A stretch of 64,000 nucleotides of DNA from the human T2T-CHM13v2.0 reference genome, Homo sapiens. The notes under the pieces are model-generated. The model was given only the letters and a program-made list of their open reading frames with translations. It was not told where the DNA came from and searched no databases. The stretch is taken from the NCBI RefSeq assembly GCF_009914755.1, contig NC_060943.1. The stretch is one strand, 5' to 3'. The translations under genes and the position numbers were made by a program. Shown piece by piece: positions 26,081 to 39,900 of this stretch (the stretch's first letter is position 1; every line of letters starts with the position of its first letter).

Positions 26081-29000
26081 TGTGATGTGGGGATTCAACT
26101 CACAGGCTTGAAACTTTCTTTTGATAGAGCAGGGTTCAAACACACTTTTTGTAGAATCTGCAAGTGTTCATTTGGAGTGCTTTCTTGCCCATGGTGGAAA
26201 AAGAAATATCTTCACGTAAAAACTAGACAGAAACATTCTCAGAAAATACTTTGTGATGTGGTTGTTCAATTCACAGGGTTGAACCTTTCTTTAGATAAAG
26301 CAGTTTTGAAACACTGCTTTTGTAGAATCTTCTTGTGGATATTTGGAGCTGTTTGAGGAATTCGTTTTAAACGGGATATCTTCACATTCAAACTAGTCAG
26401 AAGCATTCTCAGAAACTGGTTTGTGATGTGTGCATTCTACTCACAGAGTTGAACCTTCCTTTTGAGAGAGCAGTTTTGAAACAATCTTTTTGTATTCTCT
26501 ACAAGTGGATACTTGGAGCAATGGGAGGACTAAGATTGAAAAGGAAATATCTTCACGGCCAAACTTGACAGAAGCTTTCTCAGAATCTGCTTTGTGATGT
26601 GTGCATTTACCTCACAGAGTGGAACCGTCCTTTTGATAGAGCAGTTCTGAAACAGTCTTTTTGTAGGATCTGCGAGTGTTCATTTTGGAGCGCTTTTAAG
26701 CCTTTGGCGGAAAAGGAAATATCTTCACAAAAAAACTAGACAGAGGCATGCTCAGGAACTTCACTGAGATGTGTGCATTCAAGTAACTGAGTTGAATCTG
26801 CCTTTTGATAGAGCAGAATTGAAACACTCCTTTTGTAGAATCTGCTTGTGGATATTTGGAACTCTTTCAGGAGTTCGTTGGCAGCTGGTATCTTCACAAA
26901 AAAAGGAGACCCAAGGATTCTCAAAAAGTTCCTTGAGATGTGTGCCTTAAACTCACAGACTTCAAACTTTCTTTTGAGAGATCAGTGTTGGAACACGCTT
27001 TTTGTAGAATCTGCAAGTGTTCATTTAGTGCGCTTTGTTGCCTATGGTGGAAAAAGAAATATCTTCAAATGAAAACTAGACAGAAACATTCTCAGAAACT
27101 CCTTTGTGAAGTGTGTGTCAAATTCACAGAATTGAAATATTCCTTTGATAGCGCAGCTTTGAAACACCGCTTTTATAGGATCTGCTTGTGGATATCTGGA
27201 GCTCTTTGAGGAATTTGTTGTAAACGGGATATCTTCACATACAAAGTAGACAGAAGCATTCTCAGAAACTGCTTTGTGATGTGTGCATTCCAATCACAGA
27301 CTTCAACCTTTCTTTTGAAAGAGCAGTGTTCAAACACACATTTTGTAGGATGTGCAAGTGTTCACTTGGAGCGCTTTTTTGCCTATGGTGGAAAAAGAAA
27401 TATCTTCACATAAATACTAGACAGAAGCATTCTCAGAAACGCCTTAGTGATGTGTTTGTTCTATTCAGAGAGTTGAACCTTTCTTTTGATAGAGCAGTTT
27501 TGATACACTGCTTCTGTAGAATCTGCTTGTGGATATTTGGAGCTCTTTGAGGAATTCGTTGTAAACGGGATATCTTCACATACAAACTAGACAGAAGCAT
27601 TCTCAGAAACTGCTTTGTGGTGTGTGCATTCAACTCACAGAGTTGAACCTTCCTTCTGAGAGAGCAGTTTTTAAACAGTCTCTTTGAAATATCTGCAAGT
27701 GGATATTTGGAGCGATGGGAAGTCTAAGTTTGAAAAGGAAATATCCTCACATACAAACTAGACAGAAGCAATCTCATTAACTGCTTTGCGATGTGTGCAT
27801 TCAGCTCACAGAGTTGAACCTTCCTTTTGAGAGAGCAGTTTTGAAACAGTTTTTTGTAGTATCCTCAAGTGGATATATGGAGCGATGTGAGGCTTAAGAT
27901 GGAAACGGGAATATCTTCACATGCAAACTAGAAAGAAGCATTCTCAGAAACTGCTTTGTGATGGGTGCATTCAACTCAGAGACTTGAACATTTCTTTAGA
28001 CGGAGCAGTGTTGAAACACACATATGCAGAATCTGCAAGAGTTCATTTGGAGCGCTTTGATGCCTATGGTGGAAAAAGAAATATCTTCACATAAAGACTA
28101 GAAAGAAGCGTTCTCCGAAACTCCTTTGTGATATATGTGTTCAGTTCACAGAGTTGAACCTTTCTTTTGATTGAGCAGTTTTGAAACACTGCTTTTCTAG
28201 AATCTGCTTTTGGATATTTGAAGCTCTTTGACGAATTCGCTGTCAATGTTATATCTTCACATACAAACTAGACAGAAGCATTCTCAGAAACTGCTTTTTG
28301 ATGTGTGCATTCAACACACGGAGTTGAACCTTCCTTCTGAGAACAGTTTTGAAGCAGTCTTTTTGTGGTATCTGCAAGTCGATATTTGGAACGATTTGGG
28401 ACCTATGAGGGAAAAGGAACTATCTTCACATACAAGCTAGACAGAAGCATTCTCAGAAACTGCTTTGTGATGTGTGCATTCAACACACGGAGTTGAACCT
28501 TCCTTCTGAGAGAACGGTTTTCAAACAGTCTTTTTGTAGTATCTGCAAGTCGATATTTGGAACGATTTGAGGCCTATGAGGGAAAAGGAACTATCTTCAC
28601 ATACAAACTAGACAGAAGCATGCTCAGAAACTGCTGTGTGATGTGTGCATTCAACTCACAGAGTTGAACCTTCCTTTTGAGAGAGACGTTTTGAAACAGT
28701 CTTTTTGTAGTATGTACAGGTGGATATTTTTGGTGATTTGAGGTCTAAGATGGAAAAGGAAATACCTTCACCTACAAACTAGACAGAAGCATTCTCAGAA
28801 ACTGCTTTGTGATGTGTGCATTAAACTTACAGACTTGAAACCTTATTTTGATAGAGCAGTGTTGAAACACACTTTTTATAGAATCTGCAAGTGTTCATTT
28901 GGAGAGCTTTGTTGCCTGTGGTGGAAAAAGAAATGTGTTCACATACAAACTAGAAAGAAGCCTTCTCAGAAACTCCTTTGAGATGTTTGTGTCCAATTCA

Positions 29001-31535
29001 CAAAGTTGAACCTTTCTTTTGATAGAGCAGATTTGAAACACTGCTTTTGTAGAATCTGCTTGCGTGTATTTGGAGGTCTTTGAGGAATTGGGCGTATACG
29101 GGATATCTTCACATACAAATTACACAGAAGCATTCTCAGAAACTGCTCTGTGATGTGTGCATTCAACTAACAGAGTTGAAACTTTCTTTGGAGAAAGCAG
29201 TTCTGAAACAGTCTTTTTGTAGTATCTGCAAGTGGATACTTGGAGCGATTTGAGGCCTATGATGGAAAAGGAAATATGTTCACTTACAAACTAGACAGAA
29301 GCATTCTCAGAAACTGCTTTGTGATGTGTGTGTTCAATTCACAGGGTTGACTCTTTCTTTTGATTGAGCAGTTTTGAACCACCTGTTTTGTAGAATCTGC
29401 TTGTGGATATTTGTAGCTCTTGGAGGAATTCTTTGTAAAAGGGATATCTTCACATACACACTAGTCAGAAGCATTCTCAGAAACTTCTTTGTGATGTGTG
29501 AATTGAACTCACAGAGTTGAACCTTCCTTTTGAGAGAGCCGTTTTGAAACAATCTTTTTGAAGTATCTTCAATTGGATGTTTGTAGTGATTTGAGGCCTA
29601 AGATGGAATAGGAAATATCTTCACATACAATCTAGACAGAAGCACTCTCAGAAGCTGCTTGGTGATGTCTGCATTCAACTCACAGACTTGAACCCTTGTT
29701 TTGAAAGAGCAGTGTTGAAACACACATTTTGTACGATCTGCAAGTGTTCATTTGGAACGCTGTTGTGCCTATGGTGGATAAAGAAATATCTTCACATAAA
29801 TACTAGAAAGTAGCATTCTCAGAAACTGCTTTGTGATGTGTGCATTCAACTCACAGAGTTGCACCTTCCTTTTGAGAGAGAGGTTTTGAAACAGTCTTTT
29901 TGTAGTATCTGCAAGTGGATATTTTTAGTGATTTGAGGTCTAAGATGGAAAAGGAAATACCTTCACCTACAAACTAGACAGAAGCATTCTCAGAAACTGC
30001 TTTGTGATGTGTGCATTAAACTTACAGACTTGAAACTTTATTTTGATAGAGCAGTGTTGAAACACACTTTTTATAGAATCTGCAAGTGTTCATTTGGAGA
30101 GCTTTGTTGCCTGTGGTGGAAAAAGGAATATGTTCACCTAGAAACTAGAAAGAAGCCTTCTCAGAAACTCCTTTGAGATGTTTGTGTCCAATTCACAAAG
30201 TTGAACCTTTCTTTTGATAGAGCAGATTTGAAACACTGCTTTTGTAGAATCTGCTTGCGGATATTTGGCGGTCTTTTAGGAATTGGGCGTATACGGGAGA
30301 TCTTCACATACAAGTTACACAGAAGCATTCTCAGAAACTGCTTTGTGATGTGTGCATTCAACTCACAGAGTTGAAACTTTCTTTTGAGAAAGCAGTTTTG
30401 AAACAGTCTTTTTGTAGTATCTGCAAGTGGATATTTGGAGCGATTTGAGGCCTATGATGGAAAAGGAAATATGTTCACATACAAACTAGACAGAAGCGTT
30501 CTGAGAAACTGCTTTGTGATGTGTGCATTCACCTCACAGAGTGGAACCTTTCTTTGGATAGAGCAGTTTTGAAACAGTCTTTCTCTAGTATCTGCAAGTG
30601 TTCATTTTGAGCGCTTTGAGGCCCATGATGGAAAAGGAAATATTTTCACATAAAAACTAGACAGAAGCTTTCTCAGGAACTTCATTGAGATGTGTGCATT
30701 AAAGTAACTGAGTTGAATACGTCTTTTGATAGAGCAGTATTGAAACACTTCTTTTGTAGAATCTGCCTGTGGATATCTGGAACTCTTTGAAGAATTCTTT
30801 GGAAACGGCTATCTTCACATAAAAAGTAGACCCAAGCATTCACAGAACGTTCTTTGTGACATGTACATTGGACTCCCAGACTTGAAACTTTCTTTTGATA
30901 GAGCAGTGTTGGAACACACTTTTTGTAGAATCTTCATGTGTTCGTTTGGAGTGCTCTGTTGCCTATGGTGGAAAAAGGAATATCTTCACCTAAAAACCAG
31001 ACAGAAGCATTCTCAGAGACTGCTTTGTGATGTGTGTGTTCAATTCGCAGAGTTGAAAGTTGCTTTGGATAGAGCAGTTTTGAAACACTGCTTTTGTAGA
31101 ATCTGCTTGTTGCTATTGGGGGCTCTTTGAGGAATTTGTTGTAAACGGGATATCTTCACATACAAAGTAGACAGAAGCATTCTCAGAAACTGCTCTGTGA
31201 TGTGTGCATTCAACTCACAGAGTTGAACCTTCCTTTTGCGAGAGCTGTTTTGAAGCAGTCTTTTTGTGGTATCTGCAATTGGATATTTGGATCGATTTGA
31301 GGCCTAAGATGGAAAAGGAAATATCTTCACATACAAACTAGACAGAAGCATTCTCAGACACTGCGTTGTGATGTGTGCATTCAACTCACAGAGTTGAACC
31401 TTCCTTTTGAGAGCAGTTTTGAAACAGTCTTTTTGAAGTATCTGCAAGTGGATGTTTGGAGAGATTTGAGGCCTAAGATGGAAAAGGATATATCTTCACC
31501 TAAAAACTAGGCAGAAGCATTCTCAGAAACTGCTT
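26081..31535 (+). repeat. HOR copy 6: canonical 32-mer, 5455 bp
   Basis: Anchor spacing 26087 to 31542 = 5455; ORF translations identical to copies 3 and 5. Confidence 0.97.
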
Positions 31536-34500
31536 TGTGATGTGGGGATTCAACTCACAGGCTTGAAAGTTTCTTTTGATACAGCAGGGTTCAAACACAC
31601 TTTTTGTAGAATCTGCAAGTGTTCATTTGGAGTGCTTTCTTGCCCATGGTGGAAAAAGAAATATCTTCACGTAAAAACTAGACAGAAACATTCTCAGAAA
31701 ATACTTTGTGATGTGGTTGTTCAATTCACAGGGTTGAACCTTTCTTTAGATAAAGCAGTTTTGAAACACTGCTTTTGTAGAATCTTCTTGTGGATATTTG
31801 GAGCTGTTTGAGGAATTCGTTTTAAACGGGATATCTTCACATTCAAACTAGTCAGAAGCATTCTCAGAAACTGGTTTGTGATGTGTGCATTCTACTCACA
31901 GAGTTGAACCTTCCTTTTGAGAGAGCAGTTTTGAAACAATCTTTTTGTATTCTCTACAAGTGGATACTTGGAGCAATGGGAGGACTAAGATTGAAAAGGA
32001 AATATCTTCACGGCCAAACTTGACAGAAGCTTTCTCAGAATCTGCTTTGTGATGTGTGCATTTACCTCACAGAGTGGAACCGTCCTTTTGATAGAGCAGT
32101 TCTGAAACAGTCTTTTTGTAGGATCTGCGAGTGTTCATTTTGGAGCGCTTTTAAGCCTTTGGCGGAAAAGGAAATATCTTCACAAAAAAACTAGACAGAG
32201 GCATGCTCAGGAACTTCACTGAGATGTGTGCATTCAAGTAACTGAGTTGAATCTGCCTTTTGATAGAGCAGAATTGAAACACTCCTTTTGTAGAATCTGC
32301 TTGTGGATATTTGGAACTCTTTCAGGAGTTCGTTGGCAGCTGGTATCTTCACAAAAAAAGGAGACCCAAGGATTCTCAAAAAGTTCCTTGAGATGTGTGC
32401 CTTAAACTCACAGACTTCAAACTTTCTTTTGAGAGATCAGTGTTGGAACACGCTTTTTGTAGAATCTGCAAGTGTTCATTTAGTGCGCTTTGTTGCCTAT
32501 GGTGGAAAAAGAAATATCTTCAAATGAAAACTAGACAGAAACATTCTCAGAAACTCCTTTGTGAAGTGTGTGTCAAATTCACAGAATTGAAATATTCCTT
32601 TGATAGCGCAGCTTTGAAACACCGCTTTTATAGGATCTGCTTGTGGATATCTGGAGCTCTTTGAGGAATTTGTTGTAAACGGGATATCTTCACATACAAA
32701 GTAGACAGAAGCATTCTCAGAAACTGCTTTGTGATGTGTGCATTCCAATCACAGACTTCAACCTTTCTTTTGAAAGAGCAGTGTTCAAACACACATTTTG
32801 TAGGATGTGCAAGTGTTCACTTGGAGCGCTTTTTTGCCTATGGTGGAAAAAGAAATATCTTCACATAAATACTAGACAGAAGCATTCTCAGAAACGCCTT
32901 AGTGATGTGTTTGTTCTATTCAGAGAGTTGAACCTTTCTTTTGATAGAGCAGTTTTGATACACTGCTTCTGTAGAATCTGCTTGTGGATATTTGGAGCTC
33001 TTTGAGGAATTCGTTGTAAACGGGATATCTTCACATACAAACTAGACAGAAGCATTCTCAGAAACTGCTTTGTGGTGTGTGCATTCAACTCACAGAGTTG
33101 AACCTTCCTTCTGAGAGAGCAGTTTTTAAACAGTCTCTTTGAAATATCTGCAAGTGGATATTTGGAGCGATGGGAAGTCTAAGTTTGAAAAGGAAATATC
33201 CTCACATACAAACTAGACAGAAGCAATCTCATTAACTGCTTTGCGATGTGTGCATTCAGCTCACAGAGTTGAACCTTCCTTTTGAGAGAGCAGTTTTGAA
33301 ACAGTTTTTTGTAGTATCCTCAAGTGGATATATGGAGCGATGTGAGGCTTAAGATGGAAACGGGAATATCTTCACATGCAAACTAGAAAGAAGCATTCTC
33401 AGAAACTGCTTTGTGATGGGTGCATTCAACTCAGAGACTTGAACATTTCTTTAGACGGAGCAGTGTTGAAACACACATATGCAGAATCTGCAAGAGTTCA
33501 TTTGGAGCGCTTTGATGCCTATGGTGGAAAAAGAAATATCTTCACATAAAGACTAGAAAGAAGCGTTCTCCGAAACTCCTTTGTGATATATGTGTTCAGT
33601 TCACAGAGTTGAACCTTTCTTTTGATTGAGCAGTTTTGAAACACTGCTTTTCTAGAATCTGCTTTTGGATATTTGAAGCTCTTTGACGAATTCGCTGTCA
33701 ATGTTACATCTTCACATACAAACTAGACAGAAGCATTCTCAGAAACTGCTTTTTGATGTGTGCATTCAACACACGGAGTTGAACCTTCCTTCTGAGAACA
33801 GTTTTGAAGCAGTCTTTTTGTGGTATCTGCAAGTCGATATTTGGAACGATTTGGGACCTATGAGGGAAAAGGAACTATCTTCACATACAAGCTAGACAGA
33901 AGCATTCTCAGAAACTGCTTTGTGATGTGTGCATTCAACACACGGAGTTGAACCTTCCTTCTGAGAGAACGGTTTTCAAACAGTCTTTTTGTAGTATCTG
34001 CAAGTCGATATTTGGAACGATTTGAGGCCTATGAGGGAAAAGGAACTATCTTCACATACAAACTAGACAGAAGCATGCTCAGAAACTGCTGTGTGATGTG
34101 TGCATTCAACTCACAGAGTTGAACCTTCCTTTTGAGAGAGACGTTTTGAAACAGTCTTTTTGTAGTATGTACAGGTGGATATTTTTGGTGATTTGAGGTC
34201 TAAGATGGAAAAGGAAATACCTTCACCTACAAACTAGACAGAAGCATTCTCAGAAACTGCTTTGTGATGTGTGCATTAAACTTACAGACTTGAAACCTTA
34301 TTTTGATAGAGCAGTGTTGAAACACACTTTTTATAGAATCTGCAAGTGTTCATTTGGAGAGCTTTGTTGCCTGTGGTGGAAAAAGAAATGTGTTCACATA
34401 CAAACTAGAAAGAAGCCTTCTCAGAAACTCCTTTGAGATGTTTGTGTCCAATTCACAAAGTTGAACCTTTCTTTTGATAGAGCAGATTTGAAACACTGCT

Positions 34501-36990
34501 TTTGTAGAATCTGCTTGCGTGTATTTGGAGGTCTTTGAGGAATTGGGCGTATATGGGATATCTTCACATACAAATTACACAGAAGCATTCTCAGAAACTG
34601 CTCTGTGATGTGTGCATTCAACTAACAGAGTTGAAACTTTCTTTGGAGAAAGCAGTTCTGAAACAGTCTTTTTGTAGTATCTGCAAGTGGATACTTGGAG
34701 CGATTTGAGGCCTATGATGGAAAAGGAAATATGTTCACTTACAAACTAGACAGAAGCATTCTCAGAAACTGCTTTGTGATGTGTGTGTTCAATTCACAGG
34801 GTTGACTCTTTCTTTTGATTGAGCAGTTTTGAACCACCTGTTTTGTAGAATCTGCTTGTGGATATTTGTAGCTCTTGGAGGAATTCTTTGTAAAAGGGAT
34901 ATCTTCACATACACACTAGTCAGAAGCATTCTCAGAAACTTCTTTGTGATGTGTGAATTGAACTCACAGAGTTGAACCTTCCTTTTGAGAGAGCCGTTTT
35001 GAAACAATCTTTTTGAAGTATCTTCAATTGGATGTTTGTAGTGATTTGAGGCCTAAGATGGAATAGGAAATATCTTCACATACAATCTAGACAGAAGCAC
35101 TCTCAGAAGCTGCTTGGTGATGTCTGCATTCAACTCACAGACTTGAACCCTTGTTTTGAAAGAGCAGTGTTGAAACACACATTTTGTACGATCTGCAAGT
35201 GTTCATTTGGAACGCTGTTGTGCCTATGGTGGATAAAGAAATATCTTCACATAAATACTAGAAAGTAGCATTCTCAGAAACTGCTTTGTGATGTGTGCAT
35301 TCAACTCACAGAGTTGCACCTTCCTTTTGAGAGAGAGGTTTTGAAACAGTCTTTTTGTAGTATCTGCAAGTGGATATTTTTAGTGATTTGAGGTCTAAGA
35401 TGGAAAAGGAAATACCTTCACCTACAAACTAGACAGAAGCATTCTCAGAAACTGCTTTGTGATGTGTGCATTAAACTTACAGACTTGAAACTTTATTTTG
35501 ATAGAGCAGTGTTGAAACACACTTTTTATAGAATCTGCAAGTGTTCATTTGGAGAGCTTTGTTGCCTGTGGTGGAAAAAAGAATATGTTCACCTAGAAAC
35601 TAGAAAGAAGCCTTCTCAGAAACTCCTTTGAGATGTTTGTGTCCAATTCACAAAGTTGAACCTTTCTTTTGATAGAGCAGATTTGAAACACTGCTTTTGT
35701 AGAATCTGCTTGCGGATATTTGGCGGTCTTTTAGGAATTGGGCGTATACGGGAGATCTTCACATACAAGTTACACAGAAGCATTCTCAGAAACTGCTTTG
35801 TGATGTGTGCATTCAACTCACAGAGTTGAAACTTTCTTTTGAGAAAGCAGTTTTGAAACAGTCTTTTTGTAGTATCTGCAAGTGGATATTTGGAGCGATT
35901 TGAGGCCTATGATGGAAAAGGAAATATGTTCACATACAAACTAGACAGAAGCGTTCTGAGAAACTGCTTTGTGATGTGTGCATTCACCTCACAGAGTGGA
36001 ACCTTTCTTTGGATAGAGCAGTTTTGAAACAGTCTTTCTCTAGTATCTGCAAGTGTTCATTTTGAGCGCTTTGAGGCCCATGATGGAAAAGGAAATATTT
36101 TCACATAAAAACTAGACAGAAGCTTTCTCAGGAACTTCATTGAGATGTGTGCATTAAAGTAACTGAGTTGAATACGTCTTTTGATAGAGCAGTATTGAAA
36201 CACTTCTTTTGTAGAATCTGCCTGTGGATATCTGGAACTCTTTGAAGAATTCTTTGGAAACGGCTATCTTCACATAAAAAGTAGACCCAAGCATTCACAG
36301 AACGTTCTTTGTGACATGTACATTGGACTCCCAGACTTGAAACTTTCTTTTGATAGAGCAGTGTTGGAACACACTTTTTGTAGAATCTTCATGTGTTCGT
36401 TTGGAGTGCTCTGTTGCCTATGGTGGAAAAAGGAATATCTTCACCTAAAAACCAGACAGAAGCATTCTCAGAGACTGCTTTGTGATGTGTGTGTTCAATT
36501 CGCAGAGTTGAAAGTTGCTTTGGATAGAGCAGTTTTGAAACACTGCTTTTGTAGAATCTGCTTGTTGCTATTGGGGGCTCTTTGAGGAATTTGTTGTAAA
36601 CGGGATATCTTCACATACAAAGTAGACAGAAGCATTCTCAGAAACTGCTCTGTGATGTGTGCATTCAACTCACAGAGTTGAACCTTCCTTTTGCGAGAGC
36701 TGTTTTGAAGCAGTCTTTTTGTGGTATCTGCAATTGGATATTTGGATCGATTTGAGGCCTAAGATGGAAAAGGAAATATCTTCACATACAAACTAGACAG
36801 AAGCATTCTCAGACACTGCGTTGTGATGTGTGCATTCAACTCACAGAGTTGAACCTTCCTTTTGAGAGCAGTTTTGAAACAGTCTTTTTGAAGTATCTGC
36901 AAGTGGATGTTTGGAGAGATTTGAGGCCTAAGATGGAAAAGGATATATCTTCACCTAAAAACTAGGCAGAAGCATTCTCAGAAACTGCTT
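31536..36990 (+). repeat. HOR copy 7: 32-mer, 5455 bp, with a few private SNPs
   Basis: Anchor spacing 5455. Private changes are visible in the ORF track (KVSFDTA, MLHLH, ISHIR). Confidence 0.96.
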
Positions 36991-39900
36991 TGTGATGTGG
37001 GGATTCAACTCACAGGCTTGAAACTTTCTTTTGATAGAGCAGGGTTCAAACACACTTTTTGTAGAATCTGCAAGTGTTCATTTGGAGTGCTTTCTTGCCC
37101 ATGGTGGAAAAAGAAATATCTTCACGTAAAAACTAGACAGAAACATTCTCAGAAAATACTTTGTGATGTGGTTGTTCAATTCACAGGGTTGAACCTTTCT
37201 TTAGATAAAGCAGTTTTGAAACACTGCTTTTGTAGAATCTTCTTGTGGATATTTGGAGCTGTTTGAGGAATTCGTTTTAAACGGGATATCTTCACATTCA
37301 AACTAGTCAGAAGCATTCTCAGAAACTGGTTTGTGATGTGTGCATTCTACTCACAGAGTTGAACCTTCCTTTTGAGAGAGCAGTTTTGAAACAATCTTTT
37401 TGTATTCTCTACAAGTGGATACTTGGAGCAATGGGAGGACTAAGATTGAAAAGGAAATATCTTCACGGCCAAACTTGACAGAAGCTTTCTCAGAATCTGC
37501 TTTGTGATGTGTGCATTTACCTCACAGAGTGGAACCGTCCTTTTGATAGAGCAGTTCTGAAACAGTCTTTTTGTAGGATCTGCGAGTGTTCATTTTGGAG
37601 CGCTTTTAAGCCTTTGGCGGAAAAGGAAATATCTTCACAAAAAAACTAGACAGAGGCATGCTCAGGAACTTCACTGAGATGTGTGCATTCAAGTAACTGA
37701 GTTGAATCTGCCTTTTGATAGAGCAGAATTGAAACACTCCTTTTGTAGAATCTGCTTGTGGATATTTGGAACTCTTTCAGGAGTTCGTTGGCAGCTGGTA
37801 TCTTCACAAAAAAAGGAGACCCAAGGATTCTCAAAAAGTTCCTTGAGATGTGTGCCTTAAACTCACAGACTTCAAACTTTCTTTTGAGAGATCAGTGTTG
37901 GAACACGCTTTTTGTAGAATCTGCAAGTGTTCATTTAGTGCGCTTTGTTGCCTATGGTGGAAAAAGAAATATCTTCAAATGAAAACTAGACAGAAACATT
38001 CTCAGAAACTCCTTTGTGAAGTGTGTGTCAAATTCACAGAATTGAAATATTCCTTTGATAGCGCAGCTTTGAAACACCGCTTTTATAGGATCTGCTTGTG
38101 GATATCTGGAGCTCTTTGAGGAATTTGTTGTAAACGGGATATCTTCACATACAAAGTAGACAGAAGCATTCTCAGAAACTGCTTTGTGATGTGTGCATTC
38201 CAATCACAGACTTCAACCTTTCTTTTGAAAGAGCAGTGTTCAAACACACATTTTGTAGGATGTGCAAGTGTTCACTTGGAGCGCTTTTTTGCCTATGGTG
38301 GAAAAAGAAATATCTTCACATAAATACTAGACAGAAGCATTCTCAGAAACGCCTTAGTGATGTGTTTGTTCTATTCAGAGAGTTGAACCTTTCTTTTGAT
38401 AGAGCAGTTTTGATACACTGCTTCTGTAGAATCTGCTTGTGGATATTTGGAGCTCTTTGAGGAATTCGTTGTAAACGGGATATCTTCACATACAAACTAG
38501 ACAGAAGCATTCTCAGAAACTGCTTTGTGGTGTGTGCATTCAACTCACAGAGTTGAACCTTCCTTCTGAGAGAGCAGTTTTTAAACAGTCTCTTTGAAAT
38601 ATCTGCAAGTGGATATTTGGAGCGATGGGAAGTCTAAGTTTGAAAAGGAAATATCCTCACATACAAACTAGACAGAAGCAATCTCATTAACTGCTTTGCG
38701 ATGTGTGCATTCAGCTCACAGAGTTGAACCTTCCTTTTGAGAGAGCAGTTTTGAAACAGTTTTTTGTAGTATCCTCAAGTGGATATATGGAGCGATGTGA
38801 GGCTTAAGATGGAAACGGGAATATCTTCACATGCAAACTAGAAAGAAGCATTCTCAGAAACTGCTTTGTGATGGGTGCATTCAACTCAGAGACTTGAACA
38901 TTTCTTTAGACGGAGCAGTGTTGAAACACACATATGCAGAATCTGCAAGAGTTCATTTGGAGCGCTTTGATGCCTATGGTGGAAAAAGAAATATCTTCAC
39001 ATAAAGACTAGAAAGAAGCGTTCTCCGAAACTCCTTTGTGATATATGTGTTCAGTTCACAGAGTTGAACCTTTCTTTTGATTGAGCAGTTTTGAAACACT
39101 GCTTTTCTAGAATCTGCTTTTGGATATTTGAAGCTCTTTGACGAATTCACTGTCAATGTTATATCTTCACATACAAACTAGACAGAAGCATTCTCAGAAA
39201 CTGCTTTTTGATGTGTGCATTCAACACACGGAGTTGAACCTTCCTTCTGAGAACAGTTTTGAAGCAGTCTTTTTGTGGTATCTGCAAGTCGATATTTGGA
39301 ACGATTTGGGACCTATGAGGGAAAAGGAACTATCTTCACGTACAAGCTAGACAGAAGCATTCTCAGAAACTGCTTTGTGATGTGTGCATTCAACACACGG
39401 AGTTGAACCTTCCTTCTGAGAGAACGGTTTTCAAACAGTCTTTTTGTAGTATCTGCAAGTCGATATTTGGAACGATTTGAGGCCTATGAGGGAAAAGGAA
39501 CTATCTTCACATACAAACTAGACAGAAGCATGCTCAGAAACTGCTTTGTGATGCGTGCATTCAACTCACAGAGTTGAACCTTCCTTTTGAGAGAGACGTT
39601 TTGAAACAGTCTTTTTGTAGTATGTACAGGTAGATATTTTTGGTGATTTGAGGTCTAAGATGGAAAAGGAAATACCTTCACCTACAAACTAGACAGAAGC
39701 ATTCTCAGAAACTGCTTTGTGATGTGTGCATTAAACTTACAGACTTGAAACCTTATTTTGATAGAGCAGTGTTGAAACACACTTTTTATAGAATCTGCAA
39801 GTGTTCATTTGGAGAGCTTTGTTGCCTGTGGTGGAAAAAGAAATGTGTTCACATACAAACTAGAAAGAAGCCTTCTCAGAAACTCCTTTGAGATGTTTGT

